A program made the position numbers and the translations under genes. 64,000 bases of DNA from Thermoplasmatota archaeon (GTDB lineage Archaea; Thermoplasmatota; E2; JACPAO01; JAHFTW01), in the NCBI GenBank assembly GCA_041601615.1, contig JBFIHX010000004.1, positions 160,001 through 224,000 of the forward strand, in the 5' to 3' direction. This document shows positions 57,774 through 64,000 of the stretch, piece after piece. Under the pieces are notes generated by a model that saw nothing but the letters and a program-made list of their open reading frames with translations, had not been told where the DNA came from and did no database searches. Each line of letters begins with the position of its first letter. Positions within the stretch are counted from its first letter, which is position 1.

Positions 57774-59380
57774 ACACCACTTGGTGCATCCGCATCATGG
57801 ACGAACTTGCCCGAGGCGGCGTCGAGCATGTGGCCGTCTGCCCTGGCAGCCGCAGCACACCCTTGAGCCTCGCCGCCCGGCACCACCCAAGCCTGCACGT
57901 TCGCGTCATCCTCGACGAACGGGACGCCGGATTCTGGGCCCTCGGAATCGCCAAGGCATCCGGACGCCCCGCAGCCGTCATCACCACCAGCGGAACCGCC
58001 GTTGCCAACCTTCTCCCGGCCGTCGTGGAAGCCAGCAACGCCGCTGTTCCCCTCGTGCTCGTCACCGCCGACCGGCCCGAAGATCTACGCGGCAAAGGCA
58101 GCAACCAAACCATCGAACAAGAGGGCATCTTCGGCGCCTTCGTGCGGTATGAAGCAGACCTGCCGCATCCTGCACCCAACGCCGTGGCCGCACTGGAGGC
58201 CGCCCTATCCGAAGGCATGGCCGCCGCCGTGGGCCGCTGCCCGGGCCCCGTTCACCTCAACCAACCCCTGCGAAAACCCCTGGAGCCAACCCCGGAGGAA
58301 GCGCAACTGCTTGCCCGCATCCCCCCGGTGGCGTGGGCGCCCCGTCCAAGGGATTTGGAAACCCTTGAGACCTCACCCATCGAAGGCAAAGGCATCATTG
58401 TCGCTGGCCCCGGCCCCGTCTCCCCCGCCGACGCGCTGCGCATCCACACAGCCGCCAAAACCCTTGGTGCACAGGTGCTTGCCGACCCTCTTTCCGGCCT
58501 TCGAACGGACGGCGCCATATGCCACTACGACGCATGGATCGAAGTCGTGGATCCCGCGCCCGATTGGATCATCCAATTCGGAGCAGCACCCACGAGCAAA
58601 CCACTCGGCTCCTGGCTTCGACGACTTGACGATCGACGCATCCGAATCGACGAGACCGGCCGACGCTGGGACGAAGGCCACCCGCAGTGGATTGACGGCG
58701 AACCCGTGGCGATTCTGGAGGCGATGGCCGCATCCAGCCCCGCCACCGGCGCGGATCCCACTTGGAAACGCGCCGACGAAGCCGCAGTCCACGCGCTTGA
58801 TGCCACCGGGACGGAAGCCGAAGCGGTCCTCGCCGCCGCACACCACGCCTCCGCCACGGAGTCGACGCTGTTCGTTGGCAATTCCCTCGCCGTGCGCGAA
58901 CTGGACCGCTACGCAGGCGCGTGCCCGATGGTCCTGGGAAACCGAGGCGCCAGCGGCATCGACGGCAACCTCGCCACCATCGCCGGCATCGCGGACGCAG
59001 CGGGACCCGCGATCGGCGTGCTCGGAGACCTAGCGTTCCAACACGACGTGGGCGGATTGGCACTCATTCAAGGCACAGCCGCCCGCATCGTAGTCGTCTC
59101 CAACGGCGGCGGCGCAATCTTCCGGCACTTGCCCATTGCAGACCAGACAGAGCACTTTTCGGAGATATTCTTGACGCCACAAACCTTCGACATTGGAGCT
59201 GCATGCGCCGCATTCGGTGTCTCCCACGTCCGCATCCCCGTGGTCGACACAGCGAAGGCGCTTGATGGCCCAACACAAGTGGTCGAAGTGGTGGTGGACG
59301 CAAAAACAAGTGCAGCCAAACGCCGTGCCATGGCTCAAAGCGCCTCCGAGGCCGCCGTTCGTGCCTGGCGTCAATCTTAA
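57770..59380 (+). CDS. menD: SEPHCHC synthase
   Basis: CPGSRSTPL, DERDAGF, TTSGTA, TADRP, NRGASGIDG, GDLAFQHD, NGGGAIF. Confidence 0.95.
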   Translation: MNTTWCIRIMDELARGGVEHVAVCPGSRSTPLSLAARHHPSLHVRVILDERDAGFWALGIAKASGRPAAVITTSGTAVANLLPAVVEASNAAVPLVLVTADRPEDLRGKGSNQTIEQEGIFGAFVRYEADLPHPAPNAVAALEAALSEGMAAAVGRCPGPVHLNQPLRKPLEPTPEEAQLLARIPPVAWAPRPRDLETLETSPIEGKGIIVAGPGPVSPADALRIHTAAKTLGAQVLADPLSGLRTDGAICHYDAWIEVVDPAPDWIIQFGAAPTSKPLGSWLRRLDDRRIRIDETGRRWDEGHPQWIDGEPVAILEAMAASSPATGADPTWKRADEAAVHALDATGTEAEAVLAAAHHASATESTLFVGNSLAVRELDRYAGACPMVLGNRGASGIDGNLATIAGIADAAGPAIGVLGDLAFQHDVGGLALIQGTAARIVVVSNGGGAIFRHLPIADQTEHFSEIFLTPQTFDIGAACAAFGVSHVRIPVVDTAKALDGPTQVVEVVVDAKTSAAKRRAMAQSASEAAVRAWRQS

Positions 59381-59404
59381 CGACCGCTTGCCCTGCCCGC
59401 AATC

Positions 59405-60265
59405 GTGCCCGAACCGCAGTTCCTTCCCAGCCCCGCACAGTGGAGCGAGGTCAAGAAATTCGAGGACATTACCTACCACGCCTGGAACGGCATCGCCCGC
59501 ATCGCCTTCAACCGGCCCGCGATTCGCAACGCCTTCCGGCCCGAGACCACGGACGAATTGATCGAAGCGTTCGAGCACGCCTGGAACGACACCAGCATCG
59601 GCGCCGTATTGTTCACCGGCAATGGACCAAGCCCCAAGGACGGCAAATGGGCCTTTTGCTCCGGCGGCGACCAAACCGTGCGCGGCGAAGCCGGATACGT
59701 CGGCACCGATGGCGTACCCCGCCTCAATGTCCTTCGACTCCAGAGGATCATCCGCACCATGCCCAAACCGGTCATCGCGCTCGTAGCCGGATACGCGGTG
59801 GGCGGCGGACACGTCCTGCATGTCATCTGCGACATCACCATCGCCGCCGACAACGCCGTCTTCCAACAAACCGGCCCCCGCGTCGGCAGCTTTGACGGCG
59901 GATTCGGCAGCAGTCACCTCTCCCGCCTCGTCGGCCCCAAGAAAGCCAAGGAAATCTGGTACCTCTGCCGCCAATACAACGCCGAGGAAGCCGAGAACAT
60001 GGGCCTCGTCAACACCGTCGTACCCCTGCAAGACCTCGAGAAAGAAGGCGTCCAATGGGCCGAGGAAATGCTCAACCACAGCCCTCTTGCCATTCGCACC
60101 CTCAAGTCCGCCTTCAACGCCGACGAAGACGGCGCCGCCGGCATCCAAGAGCTGGCCGGAAACGCCACGCTGCTGTTCTACATGACCCAAGAAGGCCAGG
60201 AAGGACGCGATGCGTACCTCCAGGGTCGAAAACCAGACTTCCGCAACAAGCCGAGGTGGCCCTAA
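59405..60265 (+). CDS. menB: 1,4-dihydroxy-2-naphthoyl-CoA synthase
   Basis: [25 protein letters not shown]. Confidence 0.97.
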   Translation: MPEPQFLPSPAQWSEVKKFEDITYHAWNGIARIAFNRPAIRNAFRPETTDELIEAFEHAWNDTSIGAVLFTGNGPSPKDGKWAFCSGGDQTVRGEAGYVGTDGVPRLNVLRLQRIIRTMPKPVIALVAGYAVGGGHVLHVICDITIAADNAVFQQTGPRVGSFDGGFGSSHLSRLVGPKKAKEIWYLCRQYNAEEAENMGLVNTVVPLQDLEKEGVQWAEEMLNHSPLAIRTLKSAFNADEDGAAGIQELAGNATLLFYMTQEGQEGRDAYLQGRKPDFRNKPRWP

Positions 60266-60453
60266 TGTCCATGGAAGACCTTGGCGAAGAGTTCCCACGG
60301 GCGCTGTGCCACATGGACGCCGTGGATGAGAAAATCCAGGCGTTCGAACAGAAGTACTCCACGCCGCTCAACGAGGAAGACATGCGCGGCGTATTCGCGG
60401 AAGTGCACTCGGACCACGAGGATTGCGAGTGTTCGTGTTGTTTGGCGGCGTGA
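60265..60453 (+). CDS. 62-aa acidic protein with Cys/His-rich tail
   Basis: TAATG coupling to menB; ...IQAFEQKYS...HSDHEDCECSCC. Confidence 0.5.
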   Translation: MSMEDLGEEFPRALCHMDAVDEKIQAFEQKYSTPLNEEDMRGVFAEVHSDHEDCECSCCLAA

Positions 60454-60562
60454 GGCGGGACTGCCCCCTACGATCGCTTCATCCCACTTTTCCGGAATAA
60501 CGGAAAGCCGGTGGCGGCGCGACAACAAAACCCCCAAACCCCCCGCCTCCGTCGCAACCCAC

Positions 60563-61438
60563 GTGACCCTCAGGTCGTGGTTCTCCACGCTCCGTGTTCG
60601 CACGCTCCCGGCCGCGGCCAGTCCCGTCATTGTGGGCATGGCGCTCGCGCAGAATCTCGGCGGCTTCGACCTCCTGCCGGCCCTCGCGGCCCTCCTGGGC
60701 GCCCTGCTTTTGCAAGTGGGCACGAACCTTGCCAACGACTACTACGACCACATCAAGGGCGCGGACACCCCAGACCGGGCGGGGCCGACGCGGGCGAGCG
60801 CTAGTGGTGCGTTGCCGCCGGGGACGGTTCGCAACGCGGCATACGGCACCTTCGGACTCGCTGCCCTTGTAGGCCTCTATCTCATCTGGCACGCGGGCTG
60901 GCCGATTCTCGTGATTGGATCCGCCGGCATTCTGTCGGGCATCCTCTACACCGCCGGCCCGAAGCCGCTTGCCTACGTCGGCCTTGGCGATCTGTTCGTG
61001 TTCGTGTTCTTTGGACCCGTTGCGGTGGCAGGAACCGTATTTGTGCAAACGGGAACCTGGGAACTCGCGGCCATCGGATGGGGCGCGGCACTTGGGGCGA
61101 TTGCCACGGCGATTCTGGTGGTCAACAACCTGCGCGACCGGCCCACGGACGAGAAGGCAGGCAAACGGACACTGGCGGTTCGCTTCGGTGACCAGTTTAG
61201 CCAAGTTCAGTACCTCGCGTTGCTGGCCCTCGCGTTCACGGCTCCGTTCGTGCTCGGACACCTTGCCGACGACCTGTGGCTTCTGCTGCCCCTAGTGAGC
61301 GTCGTCGCTGCGGTACCCGTGGTGCGCCGAATGATGGGTCCTTTGGACGAACGCCGTGCTCTGAACCCGGCCCTCGGTGGCACCGCCCGGGTCTTGCTGT
61401 TGTACTCCTTGTTGGCGGCACTGGGGCTGCTGTTGTGA
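60563..61438 (+). CDS. menA: DHNA polyprenyltransferase
   Basis: RVRTLP, NLANDYYD, YTAGP, NNLRD...D...GKRTLAVR. Confidence 0.95.
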   Translation: MTLRSWFSTLRVRTLPAAASPVIVGMALAQNLGGFDLLPALAALLGALLLQVGTNLANDYYDHIKGADTPDRAGPTRASASGALPPGTVRNAAYGTFGLAALVGLYLIWHAGWPILVIGSAGILSGILYTAGPKPLAYVGLGDLFVFVFFGPVAVAGTVFVQTGTWELAAIGWGAALGAIATAILVVNNLRDRPTDEKAGKRTLAVRFGDQFSQVQYLALLALAFTAPFVLGHLADDLWLLLPLVSVVAAVPVVRRMMGPLDERRALNPALGGTARVLLLYSLLAALGLLL

Positions 61439-62481
61439 ACTTGCACGGGTGGACGTGGCAACCCTACGACCTGCCCCTGCGCACTCCGTACCAATGGGCC
61501 AAAGGCATCCAGACCCGGCGCCTTGGATTGATTGCAAAACTGGATTTGGGCGACGCAGCCGGATGGGGCGAGGCGGCACCGCCCCCGCACGAATCCATTG
61601 TGCCCGCGGCGTTGGCCCGTGGCGCAGCTCGGCTCGTGGAAGGATTGGACCCGACCCGCGACGACTTTCTAGCTCGCCTCGACGAACGAAATCCCCACCC
61701 GCGCCTTCGCTGCGCTCTCTCGACGGCTTATTGTTCGGCCCACGCCGCCCGTGCTGGTGTTCCGCTTGGCGCCTGGCTCGCCGCAGACTCGGGTCGCCCA
61801 CCGCCGGTCCAATCCGTGCCGGTCAACACCTTGCTCACGGGCGATACCGATCTCGGGCGCCTGGCCCAATCACGCTGGGATGCCGGGTTCCGGACCTTCA
61901 AAATCAAAGTCGGCGCCGACCGGGCCCTCGACTTGTCCCGTGTTGCGGCGGTGCGCGAAGCGGTGCCGGATGCCACGATTCGCCTCGACGCCAATGAATC
62001 CTGGAATCCCGGGTGGGCCTTGGAGCACATGCAAGCGTTGGCACTGTTTGAGATCGAATACGTGGAACAACCGCTTCCCGCCGCCGACCCTGGAGCCCTC
62101 GTTCGGCTCTCTGCTCGAAGTCCAATTCCCGTGGCGCTCGACGAATCCGCCACCGACGCGGCGACCCTGGCAAGCCTCCTCGATTCGGGTGCAGGAACCG
62201 TCGCCATCCTCAAGCCTCAACGCCTGGGCGGCCCGGACAAGACGCTGGCAGCGGTGGACGCAGCCCGGGACCACGGGGCATTGGCAGTCATCACCAACAG
62301 CCTAGAGACCGTCGTCGGTCGCACCACCTCACTCCATCTGGCAGCCCTTCTTTCAGCGCCCATTCCTGCCTGCGGTCTTGCCACAGAACATTACCTTTCC
62401 GAGGACCTCGCTCCGGGCGCCACGGCCAAAGACGGCTTCATGCAAGTGCCACAGGGACCCGGTCTTGGAGTGACCCCATGA
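61435..62481 (+). CDS. menC: o-succinylbenzoate synthase
   Basis: GWGEAAP, KIKVG, RLDAN, EQP, ALDES, LKP. Confidence 0.9.
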   Translation: MNLHGWTWQPYDLPLRTPYQWAKGIQTRRLGLIAKLDLGDAAGWGEAAPPPHESIVPAALARGAARLVEGLDPTRDDFLARLDERNPHPRLRCALSTAYCSAHAARAGVPLGAWLAADSGRPPPVQSVPVNTLLTGDTDLGRLAQSRWDAGFRTFKIKVGADRALDLSRVAAVREAVPDATIRLDANESWNPGWALEHMQALALFEIEYVEQPLPAADPGALVRLSARSPIPVALDESATDAATLASLLDSGAGTVAILKPQRLGGPDKTLAAVDAARDHGALAVITNSLETVVGRTTSLHLAALLSAPIPACGLATEHYLSEDLAPGATAKDGFMQVPQGPGLGVTP

Positions 62482-63674
62482 AGGTCGCGGTGCTCGGCTC
62501 CATGGAATTGCACATCGCGGCGCACCGCCAGAGCATCGACCACGGATGCACCCTCATTCCCCTCTCCTTGCGGGCTCCAGACGCGGCCATTCGACAAGCC
62601 TTGCTGGATTCGGGGGCTGAAATTCTGGCCTCCGATGACCCGCGCGTGGCCTTGCTTGCAGGCGACCTTCCCGTGCAGGCGACCGTGGACGGCCTCACGG
62701 GCGACGGTGCGATTCGAGTCTTGCTGCAAACCAGCGGCACCACGGGAGCGCCCGCTTGGATTCCCATCACCCGCACCATGCTAGAGGCGCATCGGCCCGC
62801 CGCCATGGAGCGTCTGGGCGCTGATTCCGAGAGTGTTTGGTTGGCGGTGCTGCCGCCCCACCACATTGGAGGCGTCGCGTTGCTGGACCGCTGCCTGTAC
62901 GGCGGCGGAACCCTGCATACGCTGGACCGGTTCACGGTGGAAACGTTCCAAGATGCGTTGCCTGGCGCCACGCACGTCAGCCTAGTGCCGACCATGCTGC
63001 GACGGCTTCTGGATGCAGGCGTCCGTCCCCCGGCAAGCCTTCGATGCGCGCTGGTTGGAGGCGACCGCATTGACGAAAATCTGACGAGGCGGGCGCTCGA
63101 CGCGGGTTGGCCGATGTTTGCCACCTATGGCCTGACAGAAGCGTGCAGCCAGGTCTCAACCGCGACGCCGCAAGAACGTGCGCTGGACCCTGCAACCGCG
63201 GGCCGGCCGCTTCGTGGCGTCGAGGTCTCGATTCTGGAACCCGACAAGGAAGGTTGGGGCATCATCGAGGTCGCGGGGCCCACGGTTGCGGGCGGGCGGC
63301 ACCGCACTTCGGACATCGGGCGCATGACAGAGGGACGATTGACGGTTCGAGGCCGCGCCATGGAGCGCATCGTCACGGGCGGCGAGACGGTGGATGCGCG
63401 CGCGATCGAAGCGGTGCTGGAATTGCATCCGGGCGTTGTGGCCGCCTGCGTGGTGGGTCTGCCGGATGCTGAGTGGGGCCAACGGGTGGCAGCGGCGGTC
63501 GAGGGCGATGTGCACGCAGACGAACTTCTGGCTTGGTGCAAGGAGCGATTGTCGGCGCCTGAAGTTCCTCGACTCGTGGATGTTTGGGACGCGTTGCCTC
63601 GATCGGAGACGGGGAAGCTTCAGCGAGGCACGGTCCTAGCGCGGTTCCGGGCTCAGTCCACGACGCCTACGTAG
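62478..63674 (+). CDS. menE: OSB-CoA ligase
   Basis: TSGTTG, HHIGG, SLVPT, YGLTE, TSDIG, TGGE, WGQRV. Confidence 0.88.
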   Translation: MKVAVLGSMELHIAAHRQSIDHGCTLIPLSLRAPDAAIRQALLDSGAEILASDDPRVALLAGDLPVQATVDGLTGDGAIRVLLQTSGTTGAPAWIPITRTMLEAHRPAAMERLGADSESVWLAVLPPHHIGGVALLDRCLYGGGTLHTLDRFTVETFQDALPGATHVSLVPTMLRRLLDAGVRPPASLRCALVGGDRIDENLTRRALDAGWPMFATYGLTEACSQVSTATPQERALDPATAGRPLRGVEVSILEPDKEGWGIIEVAGPTVAGGRHRTSDIGRMTEGRLTVRGRAMERIVTGGETVDARAIEAVLELHPGVVAACVVGLPDAEWGQRVAAAVEGDVHADELLAWCKERLSAPEVPRLVDVWDALPRSETGKLQRGTVLARFRAQSTTPT

Positions 63675-64000
63675 AGCCAAGCGATGCCGCCGGACAGGGG
63701 GCGCGCCCAGACTTCCGAGAAGCCAGCTTCGCGCATCAAGTCCAAAAACGCCTCGCCAGCAGGGAACGCGGCCGCGGTCCGAGGCAGGTACTTGTATGCC
63801 GCTTTGTCGCCGGTGATGAGTCCGCCAATTGGAGGCATGACGAAACGGCTGTAGGCGCGGTACATGCCACCCCAGGCGCCGCGAGGCTGTCCAAATTCGA
63901 GCACAACCACGCGTCCGTCCGAACGCACAACGCGGCGCATCTCGCGAAGGCCTTGCACCGGGTCGTCCACGTTGCGAATCCCGAAGGAAATGGTCGCGGC
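63653..64000 (-). CDS. menG: UbiE/MenG demethylmenaquinone methyltransferase, 5'-partial
   Basis: TISFGIRNVDD, EMRRV, LEF, AYKYL. Confidence 0.9.
   Translation of the reverse strand, partial: AATISFGIRNVDDPVQGLREMRRVVRSDGRVVVLEFGQPRGAWGGMYRAYSRFVMPPIGGLITGDKAAYKYLPRTAAAFPAGEAFLDLMREAGFSEVWARPLSGGIAWLYVGVVD

Noticed and set aside
1-64000. CRISPR array or cas genes
   Set aside because: No regularly spaced repeats with three or more copies; repeats seen are pairs only.

Overview
GC-rich (~60-65%) chromosomal window, almost certainly archaeal. Support: rpl37e, a PUA/MCT-1-like protein, archaeal-type SepF, tRNA-Leu without encoded CCA, and TATA-like boxes before near-leaderless genes. Gene style suggests Thermoplasmatota (inference). 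Housekeeping blocks: methylmalonyl-CoA mutase large subunit, citrate synthase, two PLP aminotransferases, a bacterial-type sufBCDSU-sufT operon, a beta-oxidation/ETF operon, and a menF-D-B-A-C-E + menG menaquinone cluster. Between them lie accessory islands rich in secreted proteases, lipoproteins and winged-helix regulators. Most notable: (1) a module repeated three times, built from a small secreted two-Cys protein, a lipoprotein (two of three copies) and a membrane-tethered sensor with winged-helix output, which is a candidate undescribed archaeal transmembrane signalling system; (2) an integrase-less two-cassette integron array with attC sites at 26.2-28.1 kb next to two TA modules; (3) two ~100-bp insertions that duplicate an operon gene junction and encode mini-ORFs preserving translational coupling; (4) a GAACATGTTC palindrome at three intergenic loci; (5) a ~6.2-kb island bounded by a duplication of the etfA 3' end. 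All calls come from reading motifs by eye; no database searches were run.
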